A stretch of DNA of 63,605 bases, counting the filler, from Licmophora abbreviata (Eukaryota): assembly GCA_900291995.1 (NCBI GenBank). It is 13 parts of 13 records of this genome, joined end to end, with 100 filler letters (N's around TTAATTAATTAA, not from the genome) between each part and the next. Parts side by side here need not be neighbours in the genome. Positions count along the whole stretch, not along the records: positions 9,925 to 20,761 come from OLMU01002521.1; positions 20,862 to 25,813 come from OLMU01002523.1; 11 more parts are not named here. One strand, written 5' to 3'. The translations under genes and the position numbers were made by a program. This document shows, one piece after another, positions 12,980 through 23,328 of the stretch (the first letter of the stretch is position 1; each line of letters starts with the position of its first letter). The notes below the pieces were generated by a model that was given only the letters and a program-made list of their open reading frames with translations, searched no databases and was not told where the DNA came from.

Positions 12980-14332
12980 CTAGTCTATGATTCGTATGGA
13001 ACGCGTCCGGCCTCGCACAATCCTTTCTGCAGCACGAGTCAGAGCCTCCGCTTCGGAGATAATGTCGGCGCCGGCCGATGAGCTCTTGCGTTTTCGGTAC
13101 ATTCGGTCGCACGCTTCGCGCAAAGTCTTCTCCTTCCACACCAAGAATGCACTACTATAGACGGGCTCCAAACGCGAGTCAGTGTCCTCGACAAGCGTGC
13201 CGTCCTTCTCGGCAGCAAAGGCGTCCTCCGTACCGGCATCAGTCGGCATCTCGCGAGCTAAGTCATCAACACACGACTTGGTCCCCGGACTTCCTGCCCC
13301 GCGAAAGACAGCTTTCTTCACTTGTGCCGGTTTATCTTTTGACGTTGCTGTATTGGCGTTTGGTTTGGTTGACTTTGACGTTCTGTCGTCGACGCTGTTT
13401 CCTTCCTCCTTTAGTAGCTTTTCGACAAATGATAGTATCTGACGAAATAACGGACGCGACACATTCGCAGCATCCACCACGTGCTGTTCCTCCAGCTGTC
13501 GATCATCTCCCCCGTTCAAATCGTTATCCAGAAGAGAGTCTTGAATGAGAGTGCTTCGAGACCTGCTCGACACATGTCCACTGCTCCTGGAAGCCACAAC
13601 AAAGAAACAGACCGCCTCGTATGCAGCACGGTTTCGCTCCATATCACGCAAGTAGTCATTTTTCTTGTAGGAAGACAGCCCATTCATACTTCGAGTGAGT
13701 TGCTGCAATAGTTGCTCCGCTTGTAAGGAAAACCCGTGACTGTCGTGTACCAGCGATCCGAGTCGAATGGCCAATGTTGGAATGGTACTCGTCCAAACGG
13801 TCTGACTTCGCAAGGTTCGCTTGACAGGTGGACGTGTAACGGTAGTTGACAATGTATCTCTAGCTCGTCTCGTGGACGCCAACTTGCCGTGGCCTCGTTG
13901 CTGTCCTCGCGACAGCGACGTGCCAGCCGCCATGCCACGAGTCGGCCGTCGGGCCGACGGGACGGAGTGTTGTTGTTGTTCGTCCAGGTAATTGCCAATC
14001 TTCATGTGAAGCGTTTGAAAGGCTGCATCCTTCATGAACGCTACCGACGCCAGTGTCTTCATAGAGAGCTTAGCAGACTTCTTTTGAGATTGCCGTAACA
14101 CGTACTCCAAGAGGACCACCGCACGGCTTTCGGGAGAATCTTGCTTGCCGAGTTGCCCCAGCTTGACCTTGGACGCTAGCACCCGGAGCTTTTCTCGGAC
14201 TGTCACTGGAATTCGGTCGTCAATGTTCTGACGATCATTTGCAGACAAGCGATTTAGAATGTTCTCCACGACGTCCCTCTGCTGTCCAGAGCTGCGGTGA
14301 GAACCGCGGCTGGTTGCCGTCATCTGGCTCAT
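12980..14332 (-). CDS. ORC6: Divergent origin recognition complex subunit 6-like protein
   Basis: Likely start ATG 14332 (450 aa). Two TFIIB-like helical repeats ('SRAVVLLEY..KLSMKTLASVAFMKDAAFQTLHMKIGNYL'; 'IPTLAIRLG..AEQLL..AAYEAVCFFVV') and a C-terminal 'AFLVWKEKTL' resembling the ORC6 'YEEWK..IL' motif. Confidence 0.6.
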   Translation of the reverse strand: MSQMTATSRGSHRSSGQQRDVVENILNRLSANDRQNIDDRIPVTVREKLRVLASKVKLGQLGKQDSPESRAVVLLEYVLRQSQKKSAKLSMKTLASVAFMKDAAFQTLHMKIGNYLDEQQQHSVPSARRPTRGMAAGTSLSRGQQRGHGKLASTRRARDTLSTTVTRPPVKRTLRSQTVWTSTIPTLAIRLGSLVHDSHGFSLQAEQLLQQLTRSMNGLSSYKKNDYLRDMERNRAAYEAVCFFVVASRSSGHVSSRSRSTLIQDSLLDNDLNGGDDRQLEEQHVVDAANVSRPLFRQILSFVEKLLKEEGNSVDDRTSKSTKPNANTATSKDKPAQVKKAVFRGAGSPGTKSCVDDLAREMPTDAGTEDAFAAEKDGTLVEDTDSRLEPVYSSAFLVWKEKTLREACDRMYRKRKSSSAGADIISEAEALTRAAERIVRGRTRSIRIID

Positions 14333-14564
14333 GGTCGAAAAGTAAAAAAGAAGTGAGCAAATCCAATGACACACAGTCATCAATATGCGTGCTTTCGATG
14401 AAAACGAAAACCTCTGAAGTGAAGCAGAGCCAAACTGACACACCGACAAAGTCAAACCTGACGTTGAAAGCAGTACATTTTCTACAGAGCCAATGACAGA
14501 CATCATCCAAAGCTCTGCTTGTGCTTGTTGTAATCTATTTCATGATTTGTGCAACCAAAGCACC

Positions 14565-17500
14565 ATGGCGTCGTCATCTCAGGTTCGCGTTGGCGTTCGA
14601 ATCCGTCCCTTGACACCGAATGAGATCAGTCAAGGAGGCAAGCAAGTTGTAGAAGCGATTCCGCCGACGGTTGGGATTGGAAAGCGTCGATTTACGTACG
14701 ATGCGGTCTTTGATACGCAAGTCTCGCAGTCGGACCTCTATGGCAGTGTCTCCGGACCCCTGCTGCGGTCTTTTTTAGACGGATACAACGCAACGGTAAG
14801 GAGAAGCAAACACAACTGATCGCTGGGAGGACGTCGTCGTCTCCGACGGGATCGATTTATCACGAATTTCTAAGTTCCCTTCCTCACTCACATCTGCTCC
14901 ATCTAACACTTCTAGATCATGGCATACGGTCAAACAGGATCTGGAAAGACCTTCACAATGGGAAGCGAAGCGCATCTGGACGGAGAGCTCGTCAGTCACC
15001 CAGGCCTGATTCCTCGCTTCATGTCCGATATCTTTGAACACTTGCAGCGCAAAAAGAAACTCTCCGATGCCGGCGATGACACTGTCGATACAGCACTCTT
15101 GAACTATAGCGTCTCGGCATCCTTCCTCGAAGTGTACGGCGAGGACGTTCATGACTTGCTCGACAAGGAGCGAACGACTCTACCACTGCGCGAGGACTCC
15201 AACGGAGGTGTCGTCGTCTCGGGCCTCACTACGCGTGCCGTGGCGGGAGCCGAACAGGCACTGCACGTCTTGCACGAGGGAACGAGCAATCGCACCACGG
15301 CCGCGACGCTCATGAATCTCACGAGCAGTCGGTCCCATGCTGTCTTTACGATCTCTTTGCAGCAAACCTGTCGTGGGAGAGAGAATGTTGATGTCACGAC
15401 GACATCGCGATTCACCTTTGTCGATCTGGCGGGAAGCGAGCGAATGAAGAAGACTGGTGCCGAAGGGGAGCGTGCGCGAGAAGGAATTAAAATCAATGAA
15501 GGTCTACTGGCGCTGGGAAATGTGATCAATGCCCTTGCCGATGACGAACGACTGACGAAAGAGAAGAAGATTCACGTACCGTATCGGCAGTCCAAACTGA
15601 CTAGGTTGCTACAGGATGCTCTTGGCGGCAATAGCCAGACTCTCTTTTTGGCGTGCGTGTCGCCGGCGGATACGAATGCAAGCGAGACCCTGTCGACGCT
15701 GCATTACGCGAATCGCGCTCGGAATATCAAGAACGCTCCTACCAAGAATGTCGATGCGACCGTTATGGAGCTGCAGCGTCTCCATTCGTTGACGCGTGTG
15801 CTTCAGTGCGAGCTTGTCAAGCAGCGATTCGGGAAGGGGGAGAGCGGCGAAGCCATTGCAGAGTCCGGGGTCGGAGAGGTCGACGATAAGCTTTTGAATC
15901 GTCCCGACGTCAAGGAATACCTTGAAATTATTCATCGTAAGGCTGATGAGGGGCGCGGAAGTCCCATGGCAATCGTCAGCATGCAGTCCGCCTCTGCCGG
16001 CACGATGCATCTGCCGCCTGTGAGCGCTCTTCCGTGCCCACCAAGCACGCCATTGCTACATGATGGTCGATCCCGTGTCTTTTCGGACGACACTGACAAG
16101 ACATTCTTGGAAGATGTCAATCCCGAGCAGGAGCTGGCGATTCTTGATCAACTTCTAGAGTTGCAACACCAAGACAGCGAGTATGACAAGGAGCACAAGA
16201 AAGATCAAGAAGAACTCAAGCAGGTTCAAGGCGAGTTGGAGGAGCAAGAAGACATGCTACTGCAGTTGCGCGAGAGTCTCAAGGTGTATCACAACCTCAA
16301 GGAGAAATACGAGGTTCTCATGGCGGAGGTTCAACAGCTGGAGACCGAGAAGGCAACGCTGGCCGATCAGTTGGAGAAGGCCAAGGTCGACCCCACCACG
16401 GGTTGTTCTCTAGCCATCAAGAAAAAGCTGGAGAAAGTCGAACAAAATCTTGCACGCGCACGTAACGAGACGAAACGGCACCAACAGATGTATCGCAAGG
16501 CAGAGCAGCAGGCGAAGAAGTGTCGAACCCTGGAAGTGAAGATCGGTCAGTTGAAGCAAGGGAAGGTCGCGCTAGTGAAGAAGCAAAAAGAGGCAGCGGC
16601 GCGCCACCGAGAGTATACTGAGGCGAAGACTCGTGAAATCTTGTCCTTGAAGCGTAAGGAGAGGACGGCTGACAAACGGGTTAGCAAGCTGGAGACGGAA
16701 GTTCAGATTCACAAGAACAACCTTCAGAAGCGAAAGGTTTACTGCGACAAGCTTACCGGCAAGCTCAAGCAGACGGAGGCGCATTTAATGAAGCTCCTTG
16801 CTATGCGAAAGCGAGAGCTCCACCATCGAACGAGCATTCCAGTCTTGGGTACAGGGCTGGCGAGGCAACATACTGGAGGCAGGAAACGTGTGGTATCCAA
16901 CAGTAAGACATTTGCATCCAAATCGGAAGATCTAGATTCGTCAAGGTTTTTGCTAGAGAGGCTTATTGCCGAGCGCGTGACGGAGGCTCAGATGAAACTT
17001 CGGTACGAGGAGAAAGTGGCCGAGTACGGCGAGCTCATGCGCTCGTTGGTGTCGGAGGTTGAACACTTAAACGTCGCGAAGGAAAAGATTGTTGGAGACG
17101 ACGAATCAACGGACGAGTTGAATGAGTTTGTTCAGAACGTAGAAGACTTAGAGCTGAAGCTTGAGCTTGTCAGCTCCGAACTTGACGATTTGCGAATTAA
17201 GCTTCCAAAGGGCGACGACACTAACGAAAGCGAAGGTTTCGACTTGACGGAACCATCAAAGAATATTCTGTCCGGACTGACTTCGCCCGTGTTGCGGACT
17301 CTTTTGCTGGAAATGGCTGAGAAGCGAGCGACCATCGAAGTAAGTTATTGTCTGACGCACGTTGGACCGCTGCGCATTGCCTTTAGTTCTAACGGTGTAT
17401 CTATCGATCGTCTCTGATGCAGTTGGAGTGCCAACAACAGGTACGATCGATTGAGCGGAAGGAATCGGCTTTGCGGAGCTGCGAGAATGAAATGGACAGT

Positions 17501-19981
17501 CTGAACAGGGCCGTCCAGACGCTGAACAACGAGCTCTCTCAGCGTCGAACGCTCGCACAGGAGGGTAGCGACCCGTTTGCCCAGATAAAGGATTTGAAGG
17601 ATCAAGAATCATCACTTCGTCAAGATATCCAGGCTACGCGTGAACAGAACTCATCTTTGAGACGGGAGCTAGATGATGCAGCCAAGCAGCATAAAGCTGT
17701 TAAGACCAGCAAGTCTGAACTCAGCGAGAGGTTGGCAGTCGCGGAGGTGATCGTTCGTCAGCACACCGACATGCACGAGGCCGAAGACACGCTTTCGCAA
17801 CTACATGTGATATGGAACGAGCTTGGTGTCGACGAAAGCGAGCGCGCAGGGGTTGAGAGCCTCCTTCGGTCCTGTCTTCAAGATACATGCAATCGAAAAC
17901 TCCAAGATGCAACTGCCTTGAAGTCGAAGACGATCGAAGACGCTAATTTCCTCCGCGCAGAGATCGCCTCGATGCTCCACGTTCTTGGAAAAAACAATGA
18001 TGAAGTCGCACTTGATCATCACGACACGTTGCTGGGAAAGCTTATGGCTCTCCGTGGTCAAGTTGATCGCATTCGGCCTGAGTTTGAGAGCGCACTGTCT
18101 CGCCGTGCCAAGATAGTCGCCGACGTGGATATCCTAATGGAATCGCTTGAGTCAGTGGACTACCCATTGAGCTCTAGTCTTCATGAAATGGTTGATCGCC
18201 ATAAGAAGTTCGGTGCCAAGAGTGCGCAAGCTTGCAGAAGTAGCACAGCTGTACCGACGGGGAAGTTGCAACGCGCCGACATGATGAAGGCAGTAGCTAA
18301 CATGGTCAAGTCATTGGATGGAATCGTCTCCTCTGAGGACAAACCGATGGATCTATTGGGAGAAGATGTGCCTAACTTCGGTCCTGCTGACTCGCTAAAG
18401 CATTCGATACTCGACGAGTGCGAATCTGAGGTCGCCAAGCTAAGAGTCTTCAAGTCTCAAAAACTGGCCCGAAATGCAAAATGTAGAGACGAAACAAACG
18501 CTCTCGTCGCAAAGATGCACTTGTCAGAGGATGATATCATCAACATGGTCGAGCGGACATCGAAGCAAACGCCTGAATGGTGGTCGAAAGACCAACTGAA
18601 TGACGTCGCCAAGTCTGTGACCGCTTCCGACAGTGTTCTCAAAGCATCGGACTCATTCACAAAACACCTCGACTTGGTGCAACAATCCATATCGGGGATC
18701 GCTGAGGATCGACGTTGCTTGTCAGAGGCACTCAAGAGCGTTGTTGATCGCGCACAAAAGACTCTGCTCATGACAGTCGACGGTGAACTTGACGTGAGTG
18801 AAGCGTATGCAAGCTTTCACAACGCTCTCTTTCAGCTCCCTCCTTTGTCCGAGGAACACATTCAAGCGTGTATTACAGAACTAAATGCGCTCGTCAACGG
18901 CGTCGAGGCCATGACGCAGAGCGAAGTCGAAGCGCTGACTGTCGTCTGGGAAGCCTTGAACATCTCGTCATCGGAAAGGGGCCAATTCTGGGAGACGCTG
19001 GACAAGGCCATGAAGGAACTTCAAGCGAAACCCGACAGCCCGTTTGACTCTTCCAGGGCCCTGGGATCTCTCGAGACGGAAGAGTGGGTGCAAGTTGCGA
19101 TCGACAACGCGAGGCACGTGTATGGACGGCTTGATGTCAGGCTGTACAAGCTTGAACAGGTCCACAGAGAGGTGGAGCGACTAAGCTCGAAGCAGGATAT
19201 GAAGAGCCGAATACTGTCGCTGGACTCCGAGATTCGTATTCTGAGCGCGAAGCTAGCTGATTTTGAGGAAAAGAAATGCGATAAGAGTCGTCTCCTATCG
19301 AAGAAGACGGGGAGCGCCGCCCTTCTCAAGGAAGAGAGGTTTCGGAAGCAGATGCAAGGAAAATTCACGGCCAAGCTCGAGCAGCTCTCACGTTTGCTAC
19401 AAGGATGGATTGAGGCCGAAGGAACTAGTTTCGACGCCAGTCTGTTGAGCGAAGAGGTCCGAATGCTCCTTCAGTCTTCGCCCGACAAAATGAACACCTG
19501 GGTTGAGAAACGGACCGAGTTTATGCATCTTCGAACGGTGCAGTCCAAGCCGGCAGGTAAGCGAACAGCTGGTCCGAAGTCCACGCCAAGGAAGCGATCA
19601 GGGGACAGCCTCAGAAGCAACAGCAGCGCCGACCAGACTGGTGACGACTCGGCCGTCCGACCAAAGAAAAAAACCGTGAGAACGACCCGTGGAGCAGGCG
19701 CCACATCACAGAGACGGACTATCGCAGCCGCCCGAGCGAAGCGCAAAGATGCGAGTAGGTCGAACAGTCCAGAGAAGCTCACGACGAGACCTACAAGAAA
19801 GGCAGATGGAAGCGCCCCTTTATCTCCGAGCCGTGGGACCGCCAACAGGAAAACAAGAAGCCCCGACGGCAAGCCAGCAGCAAAGCGATCCAAGCGCGAG
19901 TCCAAAGCGCTCTTGCCGTTCGGTCATTTGTTGCAAGAAGCCAAGTCGCCGTCCCAGCAGAAGGAGAACGACGGCAACTAA
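14565..19981 (+). CDS. Kinesin-4 motor fused to a MAP65/PRC1/Ase1 microtubule-crosslinker domain (3 exons, ~1737 aa)
   Basis: Exons 14565-14795, 14916-17339, 17423-19981. Motor motifs RIRP, GQTGSGKT, SSRSH, DLAGSE, HVPYRQSKLTRLLQDALGG; kinesin-4-type stalk; MAP65 motifs 'LHVIWNELG' and 'FEEKKCDKSRL...LLKEERFRK...LLQGW...GTSF'. Confidence 0.85.
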
Positions 19982-20090
19982 GGCTGTCTACCTCGCTCCA
20001 ATATTCATCATTATCTTGTTATAATGTAGTGGAACTAGCACATATCAATCTGTCTCTCTTCCGTCGCATTACAATTACCGATAACGGTAG

Positions 20091-21123
20091 TCATATCGCT
20101 GCTTCTACGGAAGCTTCATTCAACCATACAATCAGTACCGAGACATTGTCTGCTGTACCTCGCTTGATCGCTTCTGTGGCGACATAGCGCGACATGTTTT
20201 TTCTTCGTGTAAAGTTCAATCGCTCCATGTCGTCCGCCGCAAAGACTCCTCCCGGCGGCGTCTGCTCAAGACGTTCGTTGACAAATTGGACAACATCCTG
20301 ACTCGTCATGACGTCCCAGAGACCATCCGACGCCAGCAAGATGAACTCGTCTCCTTCCAGCACAGGATAGTGTTTGATCTCCACTTCTCCACTGACCACG
20401 GGCTTGGCGAACCGGTCTCCGATCGCGCGAGAGAGCGACAAATTGCGCACCCGATGAACTTTGCAGTATTGATCCCACTCAATCGTTTCTCCCATACTCA
20501 TGATCCTGGCCTTTTCCCGCTCGTCGTTGGGTTTATGATCTCTCGTCAAGTCCACAGCGGACCTCCTCGACTGAGTATGGCACGACTATCCCCGACATTG
20601 GCCGAGAGCAAGGTGCGATGTCCATCCTCGCCCTCGTGCAAGACGACCGCCACAGCGGTACTGCCTTGATACTGCAAGGCATCATCGTGAAGGATCAAAT
20701 CATCAATGTCTTCAAAAGCGGAACGCAAGGCTGCCACGTGGGAGGAGATGGACGCTCGTTGNNNNNNNNNNNNNNNNNNNNNNNNNNNNNNNNNNNNNNN
20801 NNNNNTTAATTAATTAANNNNNNNNNNNNNNNNNNNNNNNNNNNNNNNNNNNNNNNNNNNNGCGAGGATGAACTCAGAGCATGTCGCCGAGACGCAGTAG
20901 TACTATACGTGCTGGAAAAGGCTCGTTGTTGTCCTTCCGTCTCGAAGGAAGTGAGTCTTGTGGTGTTGGCGCTGGTTGACTCGAACGATTTTCCCAAATG
21001 AGAAAGACTGCGATGCGATGACGACGCCGACGACTGTGTCTTGCTTCTGCGGACCTGCTGTCTTCCCGATGCACGAGACGACTGCACTACTACCAAACGA
21101 GCAGATCCAGTGACCGCAATCAT
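20091..21123 (-). CDS. PP2C (PPM) protein phosphatase; spans a gap, apparent frameshift at ~20560
   Basis: Motifs GSTAV, ANVGDSRAIL, LTRDHKP, LSLSRAIGD, LASDGLWD, DNVSV. The segment 20862-21123 beyond the gap (Ser/Arg-rich presequence-like) is only tentatively assigned to this gene. Confidence 0.82.
20762..20861. other. Artificial contig linker
   Basis: N44-TTAATTAATTAA-N44. Confidence 0.97.
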
Positions 21124-21480
21124 GGTCAAGAGGAGAGAACTGGACGAGATGATATGAGCCGTGACACCACTGCACCACGATCGCAAGATGTGTGTTGTCT
21201 CATCAAGATCGCAAGAAATTTGTTCTTTTTTGCCGGAAGTGACACCCGTAGTCTCAGTACCTAGCTTTTATGTAGATCCTACGTCACCGTCTCAAAATGG
21301 ATACCGCGCGGTCAAGTTGAAGTTGCAATGTCCAGATGAGCTAAACTACTCGCATCAGACATCAAAAAGATCGCGGGCCCGCTAATTTTGGATCCGACAC
21401 ACCCGACACCATGACGAGACGAACGACATACAATCACAGCGGCCCTCTCTCGTCGCTGCTGCTGATCGAAGGTCCGACTC

Positions 21481-23178
21481 ATGCCCAGCTGCATTGATTC
21501 TGGTCGACTACTATGTGTTCTGATTACTCTATGGATTCGTCGTACGTACGGCTGGACATTCGTCCCATCATTGTATGGGCGGAAAACTTCAGCCCAATCT
21601 CTATTGCCCGGTCATGATAACAACACTGATGCTCAATCGTCGAAACACCATCACACTCCCGAGGATGATGATGATGATGAGTGGGAAGAGATCTCCCGCA
21701 GTATGGCCTCTGAAGCCCTTGCATCTGTTCTGATGATGAGCCCTTCTTCTTGTTCCAATGTGACGTCCACTGTGACTGCAGAAAAGGCATTGCAACGGAC
21801 CCTTCGATCCTTATCCGCCGACGAACATCAACCGACCGACAGTATTCTTGAATCAGTACGACGAAATAAAACACGATATCTGAGACGACGGATCAAGGAG
21901 CTTGTGCTTGGAACTTCCATCTTTCGACTTCGTCATGAGTATATCTTGAACCATCGAATAATGCGTCATGGTGGTGATGTTGTTGTTTCTAACAGAGATA
22001 CTACCAAGATTCGAGATCTGGTCGACATTCATGCCGAGTTCTTGGAAAGCGAAATACCGAATTCCACAAGTTGCGGCACCGTCGCGTGGCCAAGCGATCC
22101 GGTGGAACGTATTTCGGTGCAAAACAGTATACCTGGATTTCTCGTGCAGCTCTGGACGGACCAGTACGGTCTGACTGAAACGGAGGCCATTTGTCGCGTA
22201 TGCAACCAGCCAGGACCCGTCACGTTGAGACGTAACAAAGTTATCTGTAATTCAGACAATGCCTTGATTGAAAGGCTCAGGAACGAAGAAGCAGTCCACG
22301 TGAAGCGTCTTGAGGATGTAGTTCTGAATTCGGAAAACCCCATCTCCGCTGGGAGTCGTCACAGTCGTCGTTGGATGCCACCAGCCGGCTGCCTTCGTTT
22401 GCAGTCACGACCGAATAACAAATCCATCTGGTCACTTAAATGCTGGAAGGATGGCTACTTTGAAGTGCAGGATGTTGGGTCGCAGCTAATTATTGCGGCT
22501 GCGGATGTGTGCGTTGGCGAAACGGTGGTGGATTATTGTGCGGGAAACGGAGGAAAGACCTTGGGCCTGGCTGCGGAACTGCATTGCAAGTCATCCACAT
22601 CGTCTCTGAAAACGATATCAAGTGGTCACATTATTGCACACGACATTGTGCCCGAACGACTTGCACAGCTCCGAGGGAGTCTCAAGCGAGCTGGACTGCT
22701 GCAAGATGTTACTACTACTACTAACTCTTCTTTCGTGAAAGTCTCCACAACCTCGAACGCAAAACGAGACCTTCACGGCAACATATTGGCAGATGTTGTG
22801 TTGGTAGATGCGCCTTGCTCGTCTTGTGGCGTGTTGAGACGACGCCCCTCGCAGCGATGGATGATCACCGAGAGCGACTTGCGAGAGGCGTTTCCTGGTT
22901 TGCAGCTCTCGATTTTGAAGGCTGCAGCAACGCTGGTGAAACCGGGTGGTCGGCTCGTGTACGCTACTTGTTCCATTGCCGAGTGGGAGAACCAGCGCGT
23001 CGTCGACGCCTGGGAAGCGAGTGTCGAGTATGGAACGTTTTCCTTCGAGGCATGGGATTTCGGCGACGACTGGCCTCACCAAGCTTTGCTCGCGGACCAT
23101 TGTCGCCAACTGCTACCGCACGTACACGACAGTGACGGATTTTTCATTGCGCGATGGCAAAAGAAAAGCGTTGAATGA
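21481..23178 (+). CDS. RsmB/NOL1/NOP2/Sun family RNA m5C methyltransferase, likely organellar
   Basis: FEVQDVGSQL, VVDYCAGNGGKT, VLVDAPCS, GGRLVYATCS, DGFFIA motifs; hydrophobic N-terminus. Confidence 0.88.
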   Translation: MPSCIDSGRLLCVLITLWIRRTYGWTFVPSLYGRKTSAQSLLPGHDNNTDAQSSKHHHTPEDDDDDEWEEISRSMASEALASVLMMSPSSCSNVTSTVTAEKALQRTLRSLSADEHQPTDSILESVRRNKTRYLRRRIKELVLGTSIFRLRHEYILNHRIMRHGGDVVVSNRDTTKIRDLVDIHAEFLESEIPNSTSCGTVAWPSDPVERISVQNSIPGFLVQLWTDQYGLTETEAICRVCNQPGPVTLRRNKVICNSDNALIERLRNEEAVHVKRLEDVVLNSENPISAGSRHSRRWMPPAGCLRLQSRPNNKSIWSLKCWKDGYFEVQDVGSQLIIAAADVCVGETVVDYCAGNGGKTLGLAAELHCKSSTSSLKTISSGHIIAHDIVPERLAQLRGSLKRAGLLQDVTTTTNSSFVKVSTTSNAKRDLHGNILADVVLVDAPCSSCGVLRRRPSQRWMITESDLREAFPGLQLSILKAAATLVKPGGRLVYATCSIAEWENQRVVDAWEASVEYGTFSFEAWDFGDDWPHQALLADHCRQLLPHVHDSDGFFIARWQKKSVE

Positions 23179-23328
23179 AGATGAAAGATAGAATGCTCAA
23201 CTCCTTTACAAGTTCAAGCCTTGTGGTATATAGCTCTAGCTAACGTGGCATGACTTCAGTAAGGAATGCAGAATCATGCACACATTTTTGTCGTATTTGG
23301 TTAGTCGATTCGCGTCGGCATGCGGCCA

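Noticed and set aside
17415..17419. Overlapping TGATG stop/start suggesting translational coupling of two genes
   Set aside because: It lies inside a canonical intron (GTAAGT, CTAAC, CAG) whose removal preserves the frame; splicing is the simpler explanation.
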